Part shown: in pieces, positions 54,523-61,862 of the stretch | Layout: every line of letters begins with the position of its first letter | How positions within the stretch are numbered: position 1 is the stretch's first letter | Source of the DNA: Escherichia phage vB_EcoM_G37-3 | DNA length: 64,000 nt | Reading direction: 5' to 3' (one strand) | Sequence record: MK327941.1 | Position numbers and translations under genes: made by a program | The notes under the pieces: model-generated | The model's input: only the letters and a program-made list of their open reading frames with translations | What the model was told of the DNA's origin: nothing | Databases searched by the model: none

Positions 54523-55013
54523 TAGTTGATACCTAAGCCAATGAAAATAGGTTGGTCTTCTACACTACCCCTTCCAACACTAAATCGATTCAATTCTAAA
54601 AACTGCAATACGCTGTCAGTAAATCCGCGCATGGTAGTATCTAGGATAAAAATTGTTTTGTCAAGACTACGACCTCGCCATGTGATCGGATTCAGGAAAG
54701 TTCGGATCGACGTACAATCTACATTTGAAATATTTACATTTTCACCGCGACCGCGATCTCGGATCGTTTTGGCATGTTCCCGCGTCGTTGAAACGATAAA
54801 GACACTATAGCCTTTTCTCGTATAATGGTCATATAACTTGATTGTAGCGTCTGTATGCCCTGTCTGACGTCCTAAATTGATTGAGACAATGGAATCTAGG
54901 TCATCAGCAAAATTGCGTCGCTTACGACGTTCTATGATGCCATTTACGGCAGATACACACGCAGCATAAATCAAATCTTTACTTTCTAATTCTAAATCAA
55001 TGTCAATATTCAT
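54522..55013 (-). CDS. hypothetical protein (163 aa)
   Basis: ORF with GGAGA RBS downstream of a GC hairpin. Confidence 0.5.
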   Translation of the reverse strand: MNIDIDLELESKDLIYAACVSAVNGIIERRKRRNFADDLDSIVSINLGRQTGHTDATIKLYDHYTRKGYSVFIVSTTREHAKTIRDRGRGENVNISNVDCTSIRTFLNPITWRGRSLDKTIFILDTTMRGFTDSVLQFLELNRFSVGRGSVEDQPIFIGLGIN

Positions 55014-55075
55014 GGTAAAGTCTCCAGTGAACGGGGAGAGATCCTTAGATTGTCTCCCCGTTGATGGTTAATATT

Positions 55076-55465
55076 TTATTTTGGATCTGGGTATTTGCTG
55101 TGTGGTAGCTGAAAATGAACACCGTCTTTAAACGATACCCAATCCCCACCCCATTCAACAGGAACACCCAATTCTCGACCAGCTTGTTTAAATGCATCCG
55201 CGATCATGCGGTAGTATTTCATGTTCCATGTATCCTTATCTTTCGGATACGCTACAACATCAACCGCGAAACCGTGAAGATGACGAGATTTCATAGTCTT
55301 AGATTTACCTTCCGCAACATATTTCTTTTGCGTTTCTAGACTACGCACACCTTCCGTAATACCAAAATCGACCAGAGTCAGTTCTAACGCACGATGAACG
55401 ACTTTTACCAGATCAGGATGTACACCAACAAGCCGATCTTTGCTTCTTTGAGATAATTTAAACAT
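55076..55465 (-). CDS. endolysin, peptidase M15 family (L-alanyl-D-glutamate peptidase type)
   Basis: 129 aa; zinc-binding motifs SRHLHGFAVDV and DGVHFQL; AGGGGGTG RBS. Confidence 0.75.
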   Translation of the reverse strand: MFKLSQRSKDRLVGVHPDLVKVVHRALELTLVDFGITEGVRSLETQKKYVAEGKSKTMKSRHLHGFAVDVVAYPKDKDTWNMKYYRMIADAFKQAGRELGVPVEWGGDWVSFKDGVHFQLPHSKYPDPK

Positions 55466-55493
55466 TATTCACCCCCTTTGTGAGTGATAATAT

Positions 55494-55685
55494 TTAGATT
55501 CCGGCGATCCTGCATATAGTTCTTGTATTAGCACCAATCAGGATCGCATTAACGACAACCATTCCCCAATCAACCCACTGATTATTATAAATGCTAAACC
55601 CGTTTGCAAGACCAAATACAAGCATTCCGGTACACATACTCAGAGCAATAATCAACATCACGGTAAAACCAAATGCAAATCTCAT
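55494..55685 (-). CDS. small membrane protein (63 aa)
   Basis: Two hydrophobic segments; immediately upstream of endolysin. Confidence 0.45.
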   Translation of the reverse strand: MRFAFGFTVMLIIALSMCTGMLVFGLANGFSIYNNQWVDWGMVVVNAILIGANTRTICRIAGI

Positions 55686-55686
55686 A

Positions 55687-55902
55687 TTATTTTCCTTTTC
55701 TCTGTTTACGTTTATAAAAGTAATACATTACCTCATCGCGTCCGGTGATCCAACATGCTAGGGCGGTAAACAGGTTTACAATTCCCAACACACCTACTGA
55801 CGCGGCGCTGTCAACAGACATAGGAACAGTAAAGGCCATAGCTAACATAGCAACGCCACAAATGACATTAAGCACCATTATAATAAGACCGAAGAAAACC
55901 AT
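55687..55902 (-). CDS. small membrane protein (about 71 aa)
   Basis: Internal ATG at 55902 behind GGAGGA RBS; two to three hydrophobic segments, basic C-terminus. Confidence 0.45.
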   Translation of the reverse strand: MVFFGLIIMVLNVICGVAMLAMAFTVPMSVDSAASVGVLGIVNLFTALACWITGRDEVMYYFYKRKQRKGK

Positions 55903-55904
55903 TG

Positions 55905-56084
55905 TCAATCCTCCGACACAAGAAAACCAACAATCACGCCAGTGATAAGACATGATGCACCGCTAATCAGACAACCCGCGCCCATAGTTTCCCACCAGAT
56001 CAGAGAAGCGACAATAACACAGAATCCCCATACTACCGCAATCACAACATAGGCAAGGGTCGCCCAAAACATATATTTGTTCAT
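55905..56084 (-). CDS. small membrane protein (59 aa)
   Basis: ATGA overlap with upstream gene; two hydrophobic segments. Confidence 0.45.
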   Translation of the reverse strand: MNKYMFWATLAYVVIAVVWGFCVIVASLIWWETMGAGCLISGASCLITGVIVGFLVSED

Positions 56085-56269
56085 AATAAATCCCATTCAC
56101 CAAACAAATAAGAAAAAAGCCATATCAACAGAAACGAGGCAATTGATCCGGCAAGCAAAATGATATTAGAGAATCCGCCGTCTATCCAGGCGACAAAACA
56201 GAATACGCCAGTATAGAAGCATAAACCCATTACAAAGCATACTATAAGCAACCATAGACAAAACTCCAT
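56081..56269 (-). CDS. small membrane protein (62 aa)
   Basis: GGAGGG RBS; hydrophobic throughout. Confidence 0.45.
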   Translation of the reverse strand: MEFCLWLLIVCFVMGLCFYTGVFCFVAWIDGGFSNIILLAGSIASFLLIWLFSYLFGEWDLL

Positions 56270-56321
56270 AGAAAGCCCTCCAGCGAGATAAATTAGTGCG
56301 GGTAGTGGAATGTACTACCCG

Positions 56322-56489
56322 CTTTGTTAATCAACGCAGAGCTTCTTCTAGCGCGATCCCAAACCATCCACAAACAACGCCCATACAGACAGCTACAAGA
56401 AGATTCATTCTCTCTTTAGGGATCATTGCAATCATAACAACAACCATACAGAAAGCCATTACCATTGAAGTTAACATTTGTTCAACCAT
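56322..56489 (-). CDS. small membrane protein (55 aa)
   Basis: Below track cutoff; AAGGTG RBS; hydrophobic. Confidence 0.35.
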
Positions 56490-56491
56490 TA

Positions 56492-56830
56492 TCACACCTT
56501 TAAAGTCATAGACGCATAAACATTAATGCCAGGCCAGTTAGGATCGCAATTATACTCAACATCCCACAAATAAAGCGGTTTAGATGTATCAGCCAAGTTT
56601 TTAAAATCTTCTACCCACATTTCAAGGCTATATGATGGATAAACTAGGCTATCATATCCGCCGTAACGTTGGCCTACTGGTCGGTCAGTAAAAACTACCT
56701 CAAGATCCGGTAATTCTTTTTCAAGGATAACCGCCAGCGCATAAATCAGACGGTCTTCCTTGTTACGCTGCCGAAGGACCGTTGTCAATTGGTTTTTCTG
56801 GTTCACTAGCAAGCACCTACACATTTTCAC
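56492..56830 (-). CDS. hypothetical protein (112 aa)
   Basis: ORF on the common strand. Confidence 0.45.
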   Translation of the reverse strand: MKMCRCLLVNQKNQLTTVLRQRNKEDRLIYALAVILEKELPDLEVVFTDRPVGQRYGGYDSLVYPSYSLEMWVEDFKNLADTSKPLYLWDVEYNCDPNWPGINVYASMTLKV

Positions 56831-57083
56831 AGAATGAAATTTTCACAGACACAATTTTACCATAAGTGAAGAATGAATATACATTATCGAGATATTCAAC
56901 GTCACCTACAATCACATCAAACTGCGGATCAGCCACTGCCGCAACATATTCTACCAGTTCATCAAGAGAATGCAACTTAATTTCATCAATTCGGCTGTAT
57001 TTGGTTGCATCTTTGATTTTAAAACCACGTTCTTTCAGCTTATCAATCAGAATTTCACGCGGAGTTTCAAACAGTTTGCTCAT
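56817..57083 (-). CDS. hypothetical protein (88 aa)
   Basis: GAGGATTATATT leader. Confidence 0.45.
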   Translation of the reverse strand: MSKLFETPREILIDKLKERGFKIKDATKYSRIDEIKLHSLDELVEYVAAVADPQFDVIVGDVEYLDNVYSFFTYGKIVSVKISFCENV

Positions 57084-57104
57084 AATATAATCCTCACATT
57101 AAAT

Positions 57105-57302
57105 CTAAAATTTGTTAACGACGAATTGCATAATTAGACTAATCACAAACATTGCAAACCAAGTATAAATGCAACAGATAAAAGCTACATACAATTCAAT
57201 CTGGTCAGAGAATACACCGGGTAAAAGCATTAGCAAAATAACAACAGTAAAGACGCTAGCGATACCCGCAACAAAACCAATATCATTTTTACTAATCGTC
57301 AT
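57105..57302 (-). CDS. small membrane protein (65 aa)
   Basis: GGTGA RBS before ATG at 57302; two hydrophobic segments. Confidence 0.45.
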   Translation of the reverse strand: MTISKNDIGFVAGIASVFTVVILLMLLPGVFSDQIELYVAFICCIYTWFAMFVISLIMQFVVNKF

Positions 57303-57502
57303 CAAGTCACCGTTTTGTAAAGAAACACAATAAAATCCAAGACAAGAAAGACAGTGTAAATGATCATCGTCAAGACAGTAAACACTGTCAAATTTTCATC
57401 GTTAGTTAATTCATAGTCGCCCATCCATACAATCACAAGATATAGCATTGAAAGAATGGAAGCACCTACGAAGTTAAAAAAAACATATTCTTGAGCGTCA
57501 TA

Positions 57503-57685
57503 TTAACAACCATCGCGGCTTAAGTCAACAGCAATTGCATACAGCATAATGAATATGCTAGCAGATCCGAGAATCAATGCACCATCACATTTTGAAACTC
57601 GCTCATCAAAATGTAACATTATCCATCCGAGGATGTTAAAGGCGCAGACCGCGCCTATGTTCGCTAACCAATTAATCTTTTTCAT
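57503..57685 (-). CDS. small membrane protein (60 aa)
   Basis: AAGGT RBS; hydrophobic segments. Confidence 0.45.
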   Translation of the reverse strand: MKKINWLANIGAVCAFNILGWIMLHFDERVSKCDGALILGSASIFIMLYAIAVDLSRDGC

Positions 57686-57693
57686 AATATACC

Positions 57694-58020
57694 TTAGAAA
57701 GAAACAGTTTTCAAGAAATCCAGATTTTTAGTACCGAAAACAGAAAAGTAGTGTTTTCCTTTTTCGGTTTTAGAGAAAGCGATTGTCTTCTCTACATGGT
57801 GACGGAAGCCAGACAGACGATCACCCAGGTCAAGGCGGCAAGCGTAAGTAGTGCCGTTTTCGAAAGTAACCTCGATTTGAGTTTTGTCATATTCGCTTTC
57901 ATAGGCTTTTGCTGCCGCGTCCTGTGCTTTACGCTCGAAGTCTTCGAAGTGGAATACTTCGTTTGCGTTAGCGAATACAGAAGATTCAGAGAAGATAACT
58001 TTAACAGATACTGGTTTCAT
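57694..58020 (-). CDS. hypothetical protein (108 aa)
   Basis: AAGGAGTATCAAA leader after an early promoter. Confidence 0.5.
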   Translation of the reverse strand: MKPVSVKVIFSESSVFANANEVFHFEDFERKAQDAAAKAYESEYDKTQIEVTFENGTTYACRLDLGDRLSGFRHHVEKTIAFSKTEKGKHYFSVFGTKNLDFLKTVSF

Positions 58021-58043
58021 TTTGATACTCCTTAGTAGTTCGT

Positions 58044-58073
58044 GTTTCGTTTCGATGGGTGTATTATGCTATA
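58044..58073 (-). repeat. PeSL core repeat copy 1 (GTTTCGTTTCGATGGGTGTATTATGCTATA)
   Basis: Near-identical 30-mer recurs at about 59022 and 61012; approximate. Confidence 0.6.
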
Positions 58074-58091
58074 CACCCTCTCGCGTGTCAA
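58063..58091 (-). promoter_or_regulatory. early promoter (PeSL-type) TTGACA-N17-CATAAT
   Basis: -10 inside GGGTGTA/TACACCC inverted repeat; approximate. Confidence 0.55.
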
Positions 58092-58099
58092 CAACTTTT

Positions 58100-58288
58100 T
58101 TAGTCTTTTTTCATAATTTCTAGAGCAGTTTCTACAGCACCTTTCCAACCTTCCCACATAATGGACATAGTAAGGAAGTTAAAGCACCCGCAGGAATCAA
58201 CCTTTTTAGAGATAAACCATTCTACAAACGCTTCGCTCATACCATGCTCTTTAGCGGATTCGCGTAATTGTTCAATTTGGTCTTCCAT
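58100..58288 (-). CDS. hypothetical protein (62 aa)
   Basis: ORF on the common strand. Confidence 0.4.
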   Translation of the reverse strand: MEDQIEQLRESAKEHGMSEAFVEWFISKKVDSCGCFNFLTMSIMWEGWKGAVETALEIMKKD

Positions 58289-58310
58289 AGTATCACCTCA
58301 ACACTTAACG

Positions 58311-58505
58311 TTATTCAAACTCAAACGGTCTATTCAACCTATTGTAAAAGTACATATAACAAGCAAAATTATGCTTTGGCTGTACCGTATCAGATAGACA
58401 CGCTTTTACAGCCTCGCGGTCCGATGGGTCTACACCCTCAGCTTTAAGTAATGCTAAAATCTGGTTATAGCGTACTCTTAGTTGTACTAATGGTTTATCC
58501 CCCAT
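58311..58505 (-). CDS. hypothetical protein (64 aa)
   Basis: ORF on the common strand. Confidence 0.4.
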   Translation of the reverse strand: MGDKPLVQLRVRYNQILALLKAEGVDPSDREAVKACLSDTVQPKHNFACYMYFYNRLNRPFEFE

Positions 58506-58514
58506 ATTACCCCC

Positions 58515-58742
58515 TTATAGTTGATCAGCAATGTATGCGGTGCATTTGCGGAGTTTAGCCATAGCACCACCTTTCATGTCGCTTGCGCCTACAATGTTCA
58601 TGATCTCTAAGCGATCAGCCGGATTCAGTCTAGTAGCCAAGATCTGGTTAGCCAGTTCCATTTTACCCATCTGCGGTTCCATCTCAAACATTTCACGCTC
58701 AAAGTCGATAATTTCTTTTGCTGCGTCTTTAAAGTTAATCAT
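58515..58742 (-). CDS. hypothetical protein (75 aa)
   Basis: GGGAGGACCAAA leader after an early promoter. Confidence 0.45.
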   Translation of the reverse strand: MINFKDAAKEIIDFEREMFEMEPQMGKMELANQILATRLNPADRLEIMNIVGASDMKGGAMAKLRKCTAYIADQL

Positions 58743-58771
58743 TTTGGTCCTCCCGTTTCGTTGATGGTTGT

Positions 58772-58800
58772 ATTGTAGGGGAGTTATCCTCCCCTGTCAA
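58772..58800 (-). promoter_or_regulatory. early promoter (PeSL-type) TTGACA-N17-TACAAT
   Basis: Spacer hairpin GGGGAGGATAACTCCCC; approximate. Confidence 0.5.
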
Positions 58801-58808
58801 CACTTTTA

Positions 58809-58994
58809 TCAGAAATATGCAATATAGTTTGCCAGTCCTACAGAGTCATCATTCGGCATTGCTTTTACCGCCAGTTCAAACCCTGCTTCAACTTTCTGTT
58901 TAGCGGATTCTTCGTTATAACCCCAGATGACCAGAATAGCTACTACGTTTTCTTTGCTTACTGCTTTCAGTGCTTTAGTGATGCGACGTGCCAT
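58809..58994 (-). CDS. hypothetical protein (61 aa)
   Basis: ACGGAGAATCAAAT leader after an early promoter. Confidence 0.45.
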   Translation of the reverse strand: MARRITKALKAVSKENVVAILVIWGYNEESAKQKVEAGFELAVKAMPNDDSVGLANYIAYF

Positions 58995-59021
58995 AATTTG
59001 ATTCTCCGTTTAAGAAAGTGT

Positions 59022-59050
59022 GTTTCGTTTCGATGGGTGTATTATGCTAT
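59022..59050 (-). repeat. PeSL core repeat copy 2
   Basis: Same 30-mer as at 58044 and 61012; approximate. Confidence 0.6.
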
Positions 59051-59069
59051 AGGCGTGATCTGGTGTCAA
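59041..59069 (-). promoter_or_regulatory. early promoter (PeSL-type) TTGACA-N17-CATAAT
   Basis: Hexamers on minus strand; approximate. Confidence 0.55.
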
Positions 59070-59094
59070 CAACTTTTTTAAAAAATTTTAGGCA

Positions 59095-59266
59095 ATAAAA
59101 AAGCCACTCCGAAGAGTGGCTTATAGGGAAGGTAGCGAATCTTCCTTATCTCCAACCTGCTAGCGGCCTAGCAAGTGAATGCTTTAGCGTACCGGATCAC
59201 CCCCATACGCTGTAATAAATGCGGCTAGGTGACGTCCAAATCATTCTAACCGCGCTGTCTTTAGTT
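59095..59266 (-). ncRNA. candidate structured small RNA (about 170 nt) behind a late promoter
   Basis: No ORF longer than 14 codons; four predicted hairpins (GCGGTTAG/CTAGCCGC, AGCGTA/TACGCT, GCTAG/CTAGC, GGAAG/CTTCC); ends in terminator GCCACTCTTCGGAGTGGC plus T-run. Confidence 0.4.
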
Positions 59267-59271
59267 CACTA

Positions 59272-59490
59272 TTATTTATATCGCTTTCTCTCGCGACGTT
59301 TTTGATCTTCTTCCTTGATAGAGTTAAACGCATCAAAAAGACACATGACACTAATAATAAACATAACCGTATTTTCTACGATATCCCACGGCTTCGCATC
59401 GGTACAGATTCCCCAAACTGTAAGAAATGCAAATAGTGCAGAAGAGATCACAAGCATGATACTTGCTAAGATATAAAAAGTCATTTTCAT
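59272..59490 (-). CDS. small membrane protein (72 aa)
   Basis: Two hydrophobic segments, basic C-terminus; ATGA overlap with upstream gene. Confidence 0.45.
   Translation of the reverse strand: MKMTFYILASIMLVISSALFAFLTVWGICTDAKPWDIVENTVMFIISVMCLFDAFNSIKEEDQKRRERKRYK
59273..59280 (-). promoter_or_regulatory. T4-type late promoter TATAAATA
   Basis: Exact TATAAATA on minus strand overlapping the last codons (Y-K-stop) of the upstream gene. Confidence 0.5.
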
Positions 59491-59669
59491 GGTTTTACCT
59501 CAATTCTTCGATATTCATCACACATCCACGCAGTAAGCAAGAATCCCAACACATAAGCAACAAAATACGTTAATGCTTCTTCTGGTTTCGTGCTATGTAT
59601 CATCAGTAAACCAGCGAGAACGGTCTTAACAATTGCATTTAAAATAATTAACCACGCAAATAATTTCAT
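59487..59669 (-). CDS. small membrane protein (about 60 aa)
   Basis: Internal ATG at 59669 forms ATGA overlap with upstream stop. Confidence 0.45.
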   Translation of the reverse strand: MKLFAWLIILNAIVKTVLAGLLMIHSTKPEEALTYFVAYVLGFLLTAWMCDEYRRIEVKP

Positions 59670-59890
59670 CGTTTGCCCCATTTCGGTCGAGTCTTTTCAA
59701 ACTTATACATTCCGTAACAATCTCGAATCATCCACGTAACAAGAGCACCAGTCAACACAGACAATACACAGAAGAAGTAAAACGGTCCGGTTGCATTATC
59801 AACATGAGCAAGCCAGGTAAAGAAAACACATGCAAGGAATGTAAAGAACATCATAAAACACAAGAAAGCAAAATATTTTATGCTACTCAT
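59666..59890 (-). CDS. small membrane protein (about 74 aa)
   Basis: Track start reads TTG; internal ATG at 59890 preferred; two hydrophobic segments. Confidence 0.4.
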   Translation of the reverse strand: MSSIKYFAFLCFMMFFTFLACVFFTWLAHVDNATGPFYFFCVLSVLTGALVTWMIRDCYGMYKFEKTRPKWGKR

Positions 59891-59993
59891 AGCGCCACCA
59901 TACAACAGATCATAAGAAAACCCAACGCAATAAGAATTGCATCAAATTTAGTGAACTCAGATCCACCTATCAACATCATTCGTTCCTGTTCAT

Positions 59994-60236
59994 TCATAGA
60001 TCACAGAGCCATCTTAAAGCACCACATAAAGCGATCAAAAGACTAGGTATAAACGAGACTAAAACAAGACTACAAAAATCATCTAAGGTAACGCCGGAAT
60101 AGCTACCTACTGTAACAACACCGATCATCAGACACAGAAAGAAAACAAATGCAATCAGAAACAAAGTATTGCTAAACAGTTTAGTGATCATTAGACACCC
60201 CACGACGATCAATTTCAAAAACTTTTTTACCATCAA
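59994..60236 (-). CDS. small membrane protein (start uncertain)
   Basis: Hydrophobic ORF overlapping upstream ORF; track start reads TTG. Confidence 0.4.
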   Translation of the reverse strand: MMVKKFLKLIVVGCLMITKLFSNTLFLIAFVFFLCLMIGVVTVGSYSGVTLDDFCSLVLVSFIPSLLIALCGALRWLCDL

Positions 60237-60384
60237 CGAAGCATGTCACAACTGCCTCGTTGACTTCCGCAAATTGTTGTGTTACCCACTTAAGGTCAGA
60301 GCGAAACAATGTTCTATTAATAACAAATGTTTTACCTTTCTTATCCATACCCATAAATTTTGCTTTAACCATATCCAATTCCAT
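60181..60384 (-). CDS. hypothetical protein (67 aa)
   Basis: ORF on the common strand. Confidence 0.4.
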   Translation of the reverse strand: MELDMVKAKFMGMDKKGKTFVINRTLFRSDLKWVTQQFAEVNEAVVTCFVDGKKVFEIDRRGVSNDH

Positions 60385-60393
60385 ATTATCACC

Positions 60394-60552
60394 TTATTTG
60401 CTAATCGCTAAACCCAATCCGAAGAGAGCACCCGATGCTACAGTATACCCGAAAGTTTCAAAGGAAGTAAAGATATCTAAGCCGCCAGCTAACAGAGTTG
60501 CTGTAAACAGAGTACCAGCTACGAACATAAAAGTTTTACCGATAAATTTCAT
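60394..60552 (-). CDS. small membrane protein (52 aa)
   Basis: Below track cutoff; AAGGAGAATCAAA leader after an early promoter; Gly-rich hydrophobic. Confidence 0.35.
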   Translation of the reverse strand: MKFIGKTFMFVAGTLFTATLLAGGLDIFTSFETFGYTVASGALFGLGLAISK

Positions 60553-60583
60553 TTTGATTCTCCTTTCGTTTGTTTGTGGGGGT

Positions 60584-60612
60584 ATCTTACTACCCCCGTT
60601 TCATGTTGTCAA
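60584..60612 (-). promoter_or_regulatory. early promoter (PeSL-type) TTGACA-N17-TAAGAT
   Basis: -10 inside GGGGGTA/TACCCCC inverted repeat; approximate. Confidence 0.5.
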
Positions 60613-60618
60613 CTATTT

Positions 60619-60993
60619 TTAAGAATATTTTACTTCGTCTACAATATCTTTCATGACATTGATTTCCATTCCGGTCAGAACACGTTGGAACATGTGCTGC
60701 ACATACGCTTTCAGGTATTCATTTGATGGCTTGCTATCGAAAGTCTTTTTAGTGTAGTAGTCATCACCGAAAGCTACTGTAATTACATTTTCGTCGTCGT
60801 TCCAAGCGATATAAGCAAATTTGCCGTTATCCCAGAAGCGAGCACTAATTGCTACTTTTGTTGAATCGAATCCTACTTCGCTGTGAGATTCAAGAACTAC
60901 TTGCGTGCCAGTTTCTTTATGAATGTAGTAGCGGGATACTAAGTCAAAGTTACGGGTGTAGTGACATTCAAATTTATCTTTAAACATCATCAT
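60619..60993 (-). CDS. hypothetical protein (124 aa)
   Basis: ATG at 60993 behind TAGGAGAATCAAA leader; upstream part of track ORF overlaps the promoter. Confidence 0.5.
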   Translation of the reverse strand: MMMFKDKFECHYTRNFDLVSRYYIHKETGTQVVLESHSEVGFDSTKVAISARFWDNGKFAYIAWNDDENVITVAFGDDYYTKKTFDSKPSNEYLKAYVQHMFQRVLTGMEINVMKDIVDEVKYS

Positions 60994-61011
60994 TTTGATT
61001 CTCCTAAGTGT

Positions 61012-61041
61012 GTTTCGTTTCGATATGTGCATTATGCTATA
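61012..61041 (-). repeat. PeSL core repeat copy 3
   Basis: Same 30-mer as at 58044 and 59022 with two substitutions; approximate. Confidence 0.6.
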
Positions 61042-61059
61042 GTCGTTTATGGTTGTCAA
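61031..61059 (-). promoter_or_regulatory. early promoter (PeSL-type) TTGACA-N17-CATAAT
   Basis: Hexamers on minus strand; approximate. Confidence 0.55.
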
Positions 61060-61102
61060 CACCTAAAAACAAAAAACCCCGAAAATTTTTCGGGGTATAA
61101 AA

Positions 61103-61573
61103 TTACAGTTTGGTCGTCCACTCCAGGTCTAGATCTTCGACATACTCATGAGATCGGACAATCTCTAAATCGAACTCTAGGTCAGTGCCAAATTTACGCG
61201 CACCAACATCATAAGAAAGCGTGATATGCGGTACATATTCAGGATAATCCCACGTCGCACCTAAAGCAGTGCCGATATCGTGTCTGAATTGCATGTAGTC
61301 GCTTTCAAATGCCAACACAAGTGCATTAGTACCGGATTGAGTTTCAAACACTTTCAGATGACACAGAGAGCCTAAGAACTTCTCCCCTTCTTCTGGGATA
61401 AACGGAACATAGACACGAGAATATAAGATAGTGCTATGCAGTTTATCACGAGGAACGGCATTAGGCAGATCGTAGAACTCCTGCAATTTTTCAATGCGGT
61501 CTAGTGTATCCTCAGTGAATTTAACCGCCGCATATGTACCTTTAACGGATTCTCTAAACGGGGTCATAATCAA
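61103..61573 (-). CDS. 57B: 2H phosphoesterase, T4 gene 57B (Acb1) homolog
   Basis: 156 aa; two H-x-[TS]-x motifs (HSTIL, HITLS); sits downstream of 57A and gene 1 as in T4. Confidence 0.7.
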   Translation of the reverse strand: MIMTPFRESVKGTYAAVKFTEDTLDRIEKLQEFYDLPNAVPRDKLHSTILYSRVYVPFIPEEGEKFLGSLCHLKVFETQSGTNALVLAFESDYMQFRHDIGTALGATWDYPEYVPHITLSYDVGARKFGTDLEFDLEIVRSHEYVEDLDLEWTTKL

Positions 61574-61836
61574 GCCTCCGTGATCAGTTCTACTTCCTCT
61601 TCTGCGTCTTCCGCTGCTTCGTCTTTAGGGAGAAGTGCTTTCACTTCTTCGACAATAGCATCAAGGGAAACAGTCCCGTTTTCGTCTGGCTGAATACCCA
61701 GAATGCGTACCAGTTCCATCAATACACGCTCACGATCTTTCAGTTGGCCTTCTAAGAATGCGGCCTTTTCTTGAGTGTCAAACAGACGTACTTTCAGGAC
61801 ATTAATCATTTGTTCATGCTGATTGGACATATTCAC
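61570..61836 (-). CDS. 57A: tail fibre assembly chaperone gp57A-like coiled-coil protein
   Basis: 88 aa, heptad-rich acidic coiled coil; between gene 1 and 57B. Confidence 0.55.
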   Translation of the reverse strand: MNMSNQHEQMINVLKVRLFDTQEKAAFLEGQLKDRERVLMELVRILGIQPDENGTVSLDAIVEEVKALLPKDEAAEDAEEEVELITEA

Positions 61837-61862
61837 ATCTCCTACTTGTTGATAACTTTTTA

